Assembly: GCA_030264375.1 (NCBI GenBank) | Contig: JASCQW010000105.1 | Coordinates: 46,895,712 to 46,959,711 of the forward strand | Direction of reading: 5' to 3' | Origin: Carcharhinus longimanus | Lineage: Eukaryota | DNA: 64,000 nucleotides | In this document: positions 23,615-35,020 of the stretch, piece by piece | Position numbering within the stretch: position 1 is the first letter of the stretch | How the letters are laid out: each line of letters starts with the position of its first letter | The notes under the pieces: model-generated | What the model was told of the DNA's origin: nothing | Database searches by the model: none | Seen by the model: the letters and a program-made list of their open reading frames with translations, nothing else | Translations under genes and position numbers: made by a program

Positions 23615-24073
23615 ATGAGACCAAAAGATGTAGGAGCAGAATCAGGCCATTCAGTCCATCGAGTCTGCTCTACCATTCAATCATGGCTGATATGATTCTC
23701 ATCCCCATTCTCCTATTCTCCTCATAACCCTTGATCTCCTTATTGATCAAGAATCTGTCTTAAAGACATTCAATGACCTGACATCCACAGCCCTCTGTGG
23801 CAATGAGTTCCACAGATTCAACACTCTCTGGCTGAAGAAATTCCTCCTCATCTCAGTTTTAAAGGAGTGTCCCATCACTCTGAGGTTGTGCCCTCGAGTT
23901 CTAGTCTCTCCCACTAAATCATGTGTGGTCCCCAGCAATTGGGACCTGATGTGATGGGCACACGTGTGGGACCGGAGGCCATTGAAACCCACCGGGTGGT
24001 TGAAGGCAAGGCTGGGCAGTACCCATTGTTGCCAATGGGTCCTCTCTACATCCACTCTACCCAGCCCTCTCAG
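23615..24073 (-). mobile_element. CR1 3' end interrupted by a 120-bp foreign insert (23918-24037)
   Basis: GETRTRGHNLRV...RRNFFSQRVLNLWNSLPQRAV; CR1 sequence resumes at CCTCTCTACATCCACTCTAC. Confidence 0.9.
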
Positions 24074-24404
24074 TTCAATTCAAATTACCCTTTGAATGCT
24101 TTTCATGCAAAGGGATATGAGTCCAGGGTGGTGAGTTGACTGATACATGATAGCCTTACTCTGCCTTCAGCTGATCCTTAAGAAAAGAACTCTTGTGTTT
24201 CATGAGTGGCTGTAATTGTTCATACTTCAATGAGTTTTAGTTCTGCCTGGAGTCAAAAATGCCAAAGTCACATGATATGTTGCAGTCATCTTAAAAACTG
24301 CTGTGTCCACTTAAAAATATATATAGTTTTAAAATTTGTAATATGAAGAAGATGCTTGGACTTGACATGACAATCTACATGAGGAATCTTGTTATTGGAA
24401 AATG

Positions 24405-24542
24405 TGGGCCTGAATTCTTCAGTCTTGCACATCCCACTGCTGCTGCAAGGGAGAACAGATAATTTGGAGCTCAGCCAGATCTTCATTCACTGCAGTGGGA
24501 CTGGAGAATCCCTCCTGCAGGCGAGGTCAGAGAACTCCGGCT
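24405..24542. mobile_element. Short MITE
   Basis: Imperfect inverted ends GGGCCTGAATTCT and AGAACTCCGGCT. Confidence 0.5.
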
Positions 24543-26589
24543 ATGAACATTAACATTCCAATTTATCTGAGCCTATATTTGTGGCTGACATATGATGTGT
24601 AGGCTGTCTGGACTGATAGAAATATCCATTGTACATGTTATCCTTTAGATTCAAGTTCCCTCATGTGGCTTATATATAAAATCATAACAATGAGAAGAAT
24701 TTTCAGCAATAGCATTAAAGGAGATGTATAGTGTTAATAAAAAAAAACCCTTCAAAATGCTTTCAAATATGTTTTTGTGGCCCTTTAAATTATGATGACT
24801 ACAGCACTTATGGGGTCTTGGTCCCTTTCAATTTAATTTATAGGAAGTTCTAAAGGTTATGAGTCCAATTAGTTCATGGATGCTTTTCATTTTTTTTGGT
24901 GGGAGATGACCTTTTCCATAAGACTAGGGTCAGAAAGCTTAACAAAAGTGATAGATTACATACAATCTTCCAAACCAAAAAAAACAAAATATAACAATTC
25001 AGGTTCTTTATATTTACTGCAAAACTGGTTGAAGTGGACAGTTTCTACATTTACAACAGCACAACATAATTGGAATTCAAAAAGGTTTTCAGAAAAGGCA
25101 GGATAGATGCATCCAGTTTACAGCAAAATTATGTTTGCTCTGTTGGACATGAATAGAAGCTAAATATAATGGCAGAATGACCTTTCAGCTAATCAAGATC
25201 GGTAATTACAGCAGAAGTGTCCTTTCAAAGAGCATTAGGAATATCCTCTTGCTGTCTGAAACCTCTCTGCCACATCATTTTTTCTAAAACACTGAATGGA
25301 ATAGATAATGTAGATGCTGGAAGGTGATTCAACTTGGACTGAGTGCAGGACTAAATTCAGAAGAGTAAAATTAATAAGCCTCAAGTGTTTAGAGTAAAAG
25401 GATTTTTCTCTTGCATGATGATAAATATGAAAATAGACTCCTTGGTAAAGCGATTAATGATGTATTGATTGGCACATCATTTATTTATATTATTGGTACT
25501 GATTATTTACATCATGACTCTCCAGATTGCAAATGCTTTGATGGTCTGTTCAATACAATAGAAATTCGGTCTTGTTGCAGACATAAAATGGGCTCAAATT
25601 GGGTTACCAGAATCATGTGCCCCATGGACACTGGTCCCAAAATTGGCCACTTCAGAAAGGCATCATCTCCCCTTAAAGAAATTGGGCACTGATGAAAGTG
25701 GAAGCATCAGGCCTAGGCCAGCTCAAGGTTCTTCAGTGGCCTAAGCAGAGGTTGCCAATGTAGGGTATGCTTTTTTCCAAACAACATTTGACAAAGTAAT
25801 CTTTTTGTGGAATTGGATGGAGCAGAAATGATAACTAATTCGAGTTAACATGATGTTTTCTTTCTCCATCATGACCCTTACCCCCCAACCGACCTCCCAT
25901 TAGCCTTGCCACCTTCCAAATGATCAATGTTCATACCAGCGGAAATGTTGCAGGGACAGGCACCAGCAGCTCTCATGCAAAGTTTTAACCAGGTCCAGTT
26001 TCCAATTTCCTTCCCAGTCATATTTACCAAATAAAATATTTTCAGATTATCTTTTCACAATTTATGTCAGAGTGGCCACCAAGGCATTTTATCACCAGTC
26101 TGAGACTAAGATGAATGATTTTGCAATAATATAACTTTGAATGCTTATGGATACTAAAATGAGTGGATAAGCATCTGTTCTTAGGAGTAAAATTTAAAAA
26201 AAACTTGTATGAACCCTGCACCTTCAGTTATAACCGGTTGATGCATAAGGTCTATCCTTTTGTTCCCATGTTAAGGTGCCAACACCTAGCACTAATCTTC
26301 AATTGAGTGTGTTTCTCTTCCTGGTCTACACATGCCGCACTCCCAAACTTAACATTCCTTTTATTCAATTCCCTTTATATTGCTAAGAAGGCAGTGAGGA
26401 TATATCGATACTATAGCTAAGTATATGTGTGAGCTGTATTATTCAAGCATGAAAATGTTCAACCTCATGAATCTGTATTATATTCAGAGTTACTTTTTAT
26501 GATGTACTATTTAAGATAATAAAAGTGAATGTAAAATACTGAGCTATAAAAAAGGGTGCCCTTCAGTTCCATCAATCAACAGTATCTCA

Positions 26590-27230
26590 CACTAAGCTTA
26601 ATATTGCTGGAAAGACAGACACTGGGGGAAAATTCTCTTGACTGTTCTCACCAGTGGCATTCTCCAGGTTTCGCGATGGCATGAGGTGACAGTGGGAAAT
26701 CATATGATCAAGGGTGGAAGCACAGGATCCTGTCTCCGGTGAACAGCGCATCACTGCCCGCTGCCAAGAAACATGCAGCTGGCAAGCCGGACAATTCCCC
26801 TCATGTTGCTGAAATTGTCCATCCTGTACTCATCAGGACAAACACAAGAATGCCAAATTTCAAATGAGCACAACAATTCTACAGGAAAAAAGAGGTGCTG
26901 ATTGTTTGATAAGTCAGCTCCGATTGGTCAAGGCGTTGCCATGGAGAAAGAAAAGGGGAACTCCAAGCTCCCCGGTAATTCAAAAGAGTGGCAAAGCTTG
27001 AACATATTCCTTTTGTTTGCAAAGGATGAGTCCTAGCGTTTGAATGAATGTTGTTTCCAGCAAGCATAAATGTTTTGAGCTCAAATATTATCTTAAATTG
27101 ATTTATAGAGTAGCCTTCCATGCGCTTAGCATTATTCCACAAGTGCTGCCTAATCACCAGATCACATCTAACACTTTGTTTCGGGTTCAATAGCCTTTCC
27201 TGCCATTGTTCCAAGTGACCTGGACAGGTG
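26590..27230 (-). mobile_element. Penelope-like element 3' end (GIY-YIG C-terminus + pLTR)
   Basis: IRQHLWNN...NQFKII..HLCLLETTFIQTLGLILCKQKEYVQ (frameshifted), followed by CTGATGA at 26836-26830. Confidence 0.7.
26624..26801. mobile_element. Short MITE inserted in the Penelope pLTR
   Basis: Imperfect inverted ends GGGGGAAAATTCTC and GGACAATTCCCCT. Confidence 0.55.
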
Positions 27231-27444
27231 AAAAATGTAGATAATTGCTGAAACCTTGGAAATAACTGCTGTGCTAAATGAATAATTGTGTGCATTATTC
27301 TCTTATCAGAATTCTAGAGGAAGATGCAATGAAAGACAAACAAACAAATTAAGAACAGGTCATAATCAGGAAAGACCTTGCACCTCACTAAGCAGATCAT
27401 TAGCCACTTAAGATAAGGCATCAGTAGATCAATGAAATTGATTG

Positions 27445-27570
27445 AGCATTCTGCCCAAGACTGCAAGAAATTACAAAAGGTAATATAGCCCAATCCATCA
27501 CGCAAACCAACCTCCCATCCATTGACTCTGTCTACACTTCCCATTGCCTCGGCAAAGCAGCCAGCATAAT
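27445..27570 (+). mobile_element. Rex1/Babar LINE ORF C-terminal fragment (runs into the gap at 27571-27670)
   Basis: SAQDCKKLQK..AQSITQTNLPSIDSVYTSHCLGKAASII. Confidence 0.85.
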
Positions 27571-27670
27571 NNNNNNNNNNNNNNNNNNNNNNNNNNNNNN
27601 NNNNNNNNNNNNNNNNNNNNNNNNNNNNNNNNNNNNNNNNNNNNNNNNNNNNNNNNNNNNNNNNNNNNNN

Positions 27671-27877
27671 CAGAAGCAAGCACAACATCAGGCGAGCTGC
27701 GCAAGTCCAGAGCCATCAGCACAACAACTACAGTGTCTATACAAGTCTGTCCAATATGTGCCGGGACATTCCATGCCCGAATTGGCCTGGTCAGTCATCT
27801 TTGGACACACCGCAACCAGCTTTAAAATGTCTAATGGTGTTGAGGTCCTCATCGATGACGATGGATGAACAACAACA
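27671..27877 (+). mobile_element. RTE/BovB-like LINE 3' end
   Basis: CPICAGTFHARIGLVSHLWTH (C-terminal C2H2-like motif), stop at 27823-27825, short UTR and an (AAC)n tail. Confidence 0.85.
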
Positions 27878-28214
27878 GTGAATGAGATCAGCTACTAGGC
27901 AACCGTCAGAGAAACACCATTCAGTGCAGGGGGAGGATGAATAATCTCACCCACTCCGTCGGGGTTAGTAACTTTCAGCTCACTTCAAACTCACATACTC
28001 ATCATGGCATCATGCACTAAAATCATCACACAGCTCAGGGATCCAGCACAATATTAGAAAGGGAGATATCAGCACTGAAAGCTTATTCACCAAAATCTCA
28101 CCTATCATTCTGCACAAACACTTATCCTCAGCCTTTATTGGGGAGAGCTTAGTATAGACAACAGACATGCATGTTTCCCTACCACTCCTCCATCCCTTCT
28201 CATCCTGTCCCACC

Positions 28215-29320
28215 CATTTTTCTTCATGCAGGCCTAGCTTGCTGACAATAAGAGGATAAGATCTCAGACAGGAGGAGGGATGGCCAACATCTTGGTGCTC
28301 TCCCAATTTAAGTTGGCAGGGGAGGACAGAGATCACTCCTGTGGTGAAGGCAAGATCAGCCTTTCCCAGCAAACCAGTATGGATGAGCCATCCATGAGTT
28401 GATCACATTCTAACGTTCACTGTGAGTGACAGTCAATGTTGCATTAAGTCTGTTCATTAAGTCTCTCTCTTACAGGCAGATCCAGACAGACCAGCAACTT
28501 AAACCTCAGCTCTCAGACCACCCCAGAGGAGAATGCTGAGGAGCCATTTCAAGAAGACCCATAACACTATTCACCTGGACCCTCCACCAGCACAGAAGCG
28601 CACACCCCCGTAGGTAATAAATCTGGATTAGGCTCAGGGTCATTCTGGGAAATATCTCACTAATATATCTCTGTCGCAGCCAGAGGCAGTGACAGCCAGA
28701 TCCCTGACATTCAGCATGGAGATCAGGCACCCATAATGAGCGTCTAGAAGTGGTTGTCACAAGCATGGTGGAGATGCACAGATAGGCAGAGGAACAGCAG
28801 AATTGTGAAAGGCAGTCATCAAACTAGAGCGAAGGATGGAGGACTCTATCTGTGTTCTGCCTGATATCATGGCTCTAACATGTGAATACCTCAAGATTAC
28901 CATGGGAAGGGCGATGGCCTCTTTGGAGACCCTGGTCCAGTGGGTTTTTCTGTATTTGTACTCAGGTCTTCATTTCATCGCTTAGGTAACAGTGAGTTCC
29001 ACCAGTGGCTGGGCAAGAGGTGGGCAGAGCACTCAGACCTCCATCCAGGTCAAGCAGTCAGTCAGGAGCCCTCAGGCACCCGCAAGCTCGAGGACCAGCA
29101 GCTGAGCACCCTGGGGCCATCCACTCTGGTGACTTTGCAAATGTTCGGTTAATCCCAATTTCCTCTCCTATGATCCCATCACCTTCAGCTGAATAGGAAG
29201 AGGAGGATGCACCTGCCTCATAACAGATGATCCAAATTAGGCTGGGGCCCTCCTGGCTTCAACCTTCCAAAGAACACCTGCCAAAGTCATCAAAGTCAAC
29301 AGGCTATAGCAGGCCATAAT
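28215..29320 (+). pseudogene. Harbinger Myb/SANT partner gene relic (exons 2-3)
   Basis: Acceptor TTTTCTTCATGCAG then LADNKRIRSQTGGGMANILVL; second acceptor CTCTCTTACAG at ~28474; homologous to exon 2 at 59776. Confidence 0.6.
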
Positions 29321-29960
29321 TTGAGACACCCTCGGTGGAGTGTACTTCATAGCTTCACCTGAGAGGTCCAAATATCAGAAGCACATCTTCAGGATTCCAA
29401 TGGCCTACACTCTGATGGACCTTGTCAAGCTATGTGCCCACGTTGCATCTTTCCTCTGAGGCACTTTGAGGAAAACACTGTCAAAAACTATCATTTCAGC
29501 CACTATCACTAAGTGGCCAACCCTGTAAACAGTGCAGCCCTTTAATATCTGAGGCACCTCGAGTAATTCAAGACGTAAGACTCATGGTAACTCCAATGGC
29601 TTTTCTCTTCAAATCGAATCACTGCCATCAATAAGGCTGCATTGAATATCGGTTCCGTTTTTCAATCCTCCTCTGCTTTGTGGACAAATAGATCCAACAG
29701 ATTAATGAATAATGGAAAACCATTGTGGAGCTCCTACGTATTCGCATAGTGTCACTGGCTATGATGGTAGAAGAAGGTTCAACAGGGAAATGGCCCCAGT
29801 TGCCACAGTCCACCACACCAGTGAATCTGGCCACCTACCATCTGGAACGCAGCTGTACAACAGAGTCCACATGTTAAACAATGTCATACGCAGGCCTCTA
29901 TCAGGCCACCTTAAAGACTTGCCAAGCCCGATGGACATCATCCTTGACCACTGGTAATAA
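29320..29960 (-). pseudogene. Harbinger transposase relic, convergent with the Myb/SANT gene
   Basis: LQGWPLSDSG, EERCNV and AIGILKMCF*YLDLSGEAMKYTPPRVSQIMAC. Confidence 0.7.
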
Positions 29961-29992
29961 TAACCAGAAAGCTTCCATCATGCCCTGAATTA

Positions 29993-31320
29993 AAAGCAGA
30001 AAATTCTGGAAAAACTCAACCAGTCTGGCAGCATTTATGGAGCGAGAAACAGTTAATATTTGGGTCCAGTATGACTTTCCTTTGGAACTGAAAAGTGTTA
30101 GCGATATGATGGGGTTTATGTTGTAGACAAAGGGAGAGGGGCAAGTGCAATTTAAGAGATTAGAGAAAGGTTAGAGGGTGGGGGGGAAATTAAATGTCAA
30201 AGATGCCAAAAGGCAAAAGGAGTGATAATGCAGTAAAGATACATATCAATTGTCCAGAGTAGGTGTTAATAGCAGAATAAAGATCAGCATTGTCTGAAAG
30301 CAAAAACATGAGAGCAGGATACAGACTGGCAGTGGGACAAAAAAAACAAAATGGAGGACAGAGTTCATGGTTAAAAGTTGTTAAGCTCATTGTTGAGTCT
30401 AGAAGCCTGCAAAGTGTCTCATCAGAAGATGAGGTGCTATTCCTCAGTTTGCATTGGGAATCACTGGGATATTGCAGCAGGCCAAGAATAGAAATGTGAG
30501 CATGAGAGCAATATGCTGCATTGAAATGGCAAGCAATCGGAAGGTCGAGGTCATGCTTGAGGACAGAGGGAAGATGTTCAGCCAGTCTGCGTCTGGTTTT
30601 CCCGTTGCAGAGGAAACCACATTGTGAGCAGCGAATACAGGAGAACAAATTGAATGACGTATAAGTGAATCACTGCTTCACCTGGAAGAATGTTTGGGGC
30701 CTTGGACAGTGAGGAGGATTGAGGTAAAAGGGTAGGTGTTACACCTAAAGTTCATACAATCCTACAGTGCAGAAAGAGGCCATTCACTCCATCAAGTCTG
30801 CACCGACTGCAATCTCACCCAGGCCCTTTTCCCACAGCCCCATGCATTTATCCTAACTAGTCCCTCTGACACTAAGGGGCAATTTAGCATAGACAATCCA
30901 CCTAACCTGCACATCTTTGGATTGTGGGAGGAATCCCACACAGACATGGGGAGAATGTGCAAACTCCGTACAGACAGTGACTCAAACCAAGAATCGAAGC
31001 TGAGTCCCTGGAGCTGTGAGGCAGTAGTGTTAACCACTGTGCCACCGTACCGCCCCCCTGTGATTGCACGGGAGGGTGCCATGGAAAGACAATGTGAGTT
31101 GGGAGATGATGGCAGAAATGGACCAGGATGGCATGAGGGGAATGGCTCTTTTGAAATGCTGATCGTGGAGGAAGATAAAGATGTGTTTCAGGGTGGCATC
31201 ATGCTGGAGTTGGCAGGAATGGCAAAGGGCAACCCTTTGATATAGAGGTTGGTGAAATGGAAAGTCAGGACAACAGACACACTATTATGGTTCTCAGAAT
31301 GAGGGCAAGAGGTGAGGGTG
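29993..31320 (-). mobile_element. Penelope-like element: RT-linker/GIY-YIG region + pLTR, split by an HE1 SINE
   Basis: CIRCSQCGFLCNGKTRRRLAEHL...DLPIACHFN...ISILGLLQ (GIY-YIG); QLQHDATLKHIF beyond the SINE; pLTR homologous to 1350 and 51035. Confidence 0.9.
30753..31056 (-). mobile_element. HE1 V-SINE, full length
   Basis: Head GGGCGGTACGGTGGCACAGTGGTTAACACT, V domain and CR1-type tail. Confidence 0.92.
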
Positions 31321-31600
31321 TAACAGTTATGTTTCAGCTGTACAAAGCTGTACTTAGACCACACCAGGAGAAATGTGAGCTGTTTTGGCCAGCATATCTT
31401 AGGAAGGATATATTAGCCTTGAAGTAAGTGCGATACCAAAAGTTAATCTATGAGGAAAAAATAAACTAACTGGGGCTGTAAACCTTGAAATTTAGAAAGC
31501 TACATTGTGATTTTCCCAATGTTTTCATGAAACAGGTAGAGCAGATTGGGAGAAACTATTTTAACTAGGTGGGAGTCTAGAATCAGGAGGTTCTTCTAAG
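31320..31600 (+). mobile_element. Old CR1 ORF2 fragment
   Basis: QLYKAVLRPHQEKCELFWPAYLRKDILAL. Confidence 0.75.
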
Positions 31601-31831
31601 GATCTCTTTAATGAGTACTCTTTTCAGAGCAAACTTTAATGGTGTAACTGTTAATTCATCTGACTCAATATTACTGCTCTCACCATGAAAACTTACAAAC
31701 AGCGGTTAAAATAACAGGAGAATTGGACTTTCACCCAATATTTTATGAAATACACAAGGGACAGTTTCAACCACTTGGAGAGATCTTTTTTGCAGCAGTT
31801 GTTACAGTGCTATGGCAATCATATAAAAAAG

Positions 31832-32995
31832 AGGTGATACTCCCAGCCCGCTGTATTGCTTGAGCTGGGAGATATCAGTGGAGGCCATTTTCTGTCATGG
31901 CCTCTGTGTGTCTCCGCGGCTAAGATTTTCAGAGTAATCTGCTCTGCATTAATTTCCGATTTCAATTCTGATTACAATTTGTAAATCAGGATTTCCATTC
32001 AGTTAGAGGGCGTCTCCAGGCCTGCTATTGTCTCCCCATTGGCCCTCATTGGAAGTGGCTCATTCCAGCAATACTCCCCACTAATGGGGAATAGGCAGCT
32101 GACCCCACTGGAGAGAAAAGAGGCCATTGAGGCCCCCGAGAAGGTTTGGGAGTAAGGGGAGTGCCCCTTTGGCATTGTCAGCCTAGCAGTGCCAACCTGG
32201 CACCCTGGAACTGACCAAGAGGCAAACTGGCAATGCCCAAGGGGTACCAAGGCAATGCCCAACAGGCATCAGGCAGTGGCAAGGGGTGGGGTCAGAGGGA
32301 GGCAGTGCCTATTGGGGCAAGACCTATTGGAACAATTGGTGCAGGTGGAGGGTCCTGTTGTCAGTCTGCATTTGAGACAGCAGGCAGAGGGAGGGAGGAC
32401 AGTGATCGAAGCTGGCCATCTGGGTGGAGGGAGGTATGGTGGTTGGTACAGCTGAGGCCTTGGGACTGTGAGGCGTTGGGGGGGAGTGGGAGGAGAGGTT
32501 GCAACTGTTAAAACAGTGGGTTGGGGATGTGGGGTGCGGGGGGGCTAGTTGTCGGGGCTGCTGGTGCGGAGTGGAATCGGGAGATCAAGGCTGGCCAAGG
32601 GTGGAAGGACATCCGGGCTCGCCCGAGGATAGCCGGGAGGCCAGCGATCGGGGGTGGGGTCTCTGCAAGGTCAGCAATGGGAGTTGCGGGACTGGCCAAC
32701 GATCGGGCTGGCCAGCAATCAGGAGGCTGGCAATGCAGGACCACTGCACATGTGCCAATCTTTGTTCTGACAGATTGACACTTGCCCAGTGGCCCATTCA
32801 ATGCTTTGTTGCCGCCCTCTCGGGCAGGAATGGGCCCTGTCCCCTGATCTTCAGAGGAAATCTCACTAGGGACCTTTGCGATGCACAGAATGTCGGAGAT
32901 TCGCTCTGGAATTCACACTGAAAAAATCAGTGGAAGTTAACTCCCATTTTCCTGCAAATTGGGGACTTCAAATTTTTTTTGGGAGAATCCCAGCC
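31832..32995. mobile_element. Harbinger-type MITE
   Basis: Ends GGTGATACTCCCAG and TTGGGAGAATCCCAGCC; GC-rich body with TGGCAGTGCC and CGATCG motifs shared with 36573 and 40587. Confidence 0.65.
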
Positions 32996-34644
32996 ATAAT
33001 GTCAAAAATAGATCCAATGCTGAGTACTTTATAACAGGTACTGTTTTTCAGCAATAAAATAGCTTCATGTTTCTCTTTTAACTGTAGGTGCAAGTAACTG
33101 CATCTGTAAGTCTATTGTAATGGACTGTGTGAGGAAAGGAGATTTTCATTAAACACAGGAACAATTTCAAATGTGAAATATGTATCTTATTATGGATTTA
33201 ACAGTCTATATAAGAGCATCCATGTGCAGTAATTGTTCTTGACCTGACTGCAATTTTTGCCAAGAACTATCAATATTGACTCTTAAATAAAGGGAAGAGG
33301 AAGGCAATTCTCTGTAGCTTAGTTATTTTTTATTGAAGCATTGTATTGTAATTTAAAAATACAAGTATAGACTGCACAAACGAGGATAACATTTTACAGT
33401 GGAGTTGTTGGTAGAAGTGAACGAAGACATTTTTGTCCTCAGGGAGATAAGGTAATTTTGTTTGACATTGAACTTACATTTCACTATGATTTAAACTCAG
33501 AAAGAACATCGCTCTCACTGCTTTACCCTGCGGACTTGTTGCACTGACTGCAGCTTCGAAATAAGATGCAGACTCCACTTCCTTTGTGGCTGACTGAAAC
33601 CAGACTGCATGGTCTATGGTCTTCTTGTAGGTTATGATTTTAACCTGCTCTTCTGAGCATGTGCGACACACACTCACAAGGCAGGTCTTGTTTCAAATAT
33701 GTAGTTTGGGCTCTGATGAAGTCAACTGGGCCCACCAACTCTTTTAAGCGTGGGCCTCAGCAGGAATCCAGTTTTCTTGTCAGGTCAACCTGGTTGAGGC
33801 AAAAAGAGATCACAAAAGGTAAGTTTTTAATTAATTTCCTTTTTGTTTAATTACCATTGGAATCAGGGTATGGGAATGCTCATTCGGTACCAAGGCAGAT
33901 ATCGGGTCCTTTGAAAAATTAAGTCCTATTTCAGCTGTACTTTTGATGGTTACTTTCATGGTACCTGACATTGCAGCTTGCCTGCCAAAATGTGGCCAAG
34001 TTTTCATTTGAATTATATCATTTGAACTATATGAATCGAATATTAATAAATCATTGACATACATACATATATGGGAAACATTGAAGAGTAACAGAGCTGT
34101 GCAGAGAGAAGAGGGCATGTAGGAGTAGTTTTAGATTAGTCAAGCAAAGAAACAATTCAAATACAATGGGCCCATAACTTTGCAATTTGCCAGAGTGGTA
34201 TTTGGGGGTACCCCAATAATGCACTGGGAAATCCATCTAGGATGTTCTCACGTAAGAGTTTACCCGGCAATTGCCCAGAAGTGTTAACTTCTTTGGACAA
34301 TTGCACTAGGCCGGAAATCATTCAACAGAAGCAATTAACTTCCTCTCAACTTCTAACTCCAAAGTAACTATCTAATCACCCAGATCCAGCCCTGCTCTAA
34401 ACACTCCTCCCCCCACCCCATCTCTCTTGTTCCGATCCCACCATCCCTCGGTCTGACCCAAACTACCTCTGTTCCAACCTCCTCACTGCTCCAAACACTC
34501 CCTGTTCACACCCCCAATCTGCTTTGACCCCTTCACTTCTGCTCCAACTCCAACCTGCTCCAACTCCCCCTTATTCCATCCTGCCCCAACCTGGACTTCC
34601 CCGCTATCGTAGTCTCCTCCTCTCTTCCCCCCACATCCCTCCTA

Positions 34645-35020
34645 ACTTGGTGTTCTCATGTGTCTCCTGCCTTTGTCCTTTTGTCCTTTAAAAGAACCTT
34701 GGTGAGTTGCTGCTCTGCATTTTGTAGGTGATACACTCGGCTTTGGTAGAGAGAGTGAATGTCTAAGGTGGTGGATGGGGTACCAATCAAATGGTCTGCT
34801 TTGTCCTGGATGGTGTAAAGCATCTTGAAAGCACTTGGAACTGCATTCATCCAAGTAGGTGAAGAGTATCACACAAAAATCCTGACTTGTGAGTGATCAA
34901 CAGGCTTTGAGGAGTGAGGACGTGAGATATTTTCCACAGAGTCATCAGCCATGAACAAGCTCTTATATCCATAGTATTTATATGGCTAGTCCAATTCGGT
35001 TTCTGGTCAATGGAATCTTG
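34645..35020 (-). mobile_element. LINE family B ORF2 C-terminal fragment
   Basis: NWTSHINT...HVLTPQSL...IQDKADHLIGTPSTTL; homologous to 63330-63530. Confidence 0.8.

Noticed and set aside
30990-31056. tRNA genes at A/B-box motifs (here and at other SINE heads)
   Set aside because: They continue into SINE bodies and lack a complete cloverleaf and terminator.
30736-31245. 169-aa ORF, and similar ORFs at 7, 43632, 43693 and 47842
   Set aside because: Read-through of HE1 SINE sequence; these peptides are common false gene predictions in shark DNA.
31999-32921. Cluster of GC-rich ORFs suggesting a CpG-island gene (also 36777-37458 and 40905-41605)
   Set aside because: All lie within TIR-bounded multicopy MITEs; high GC content explains the open frames.
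33474-33677. Minus-strand 67-aa ORF ending at a GTAAGT donor
   Set aside because: No recognisable protein, a weak acceptor, and conflict with the + strand splice signals; not supportable.
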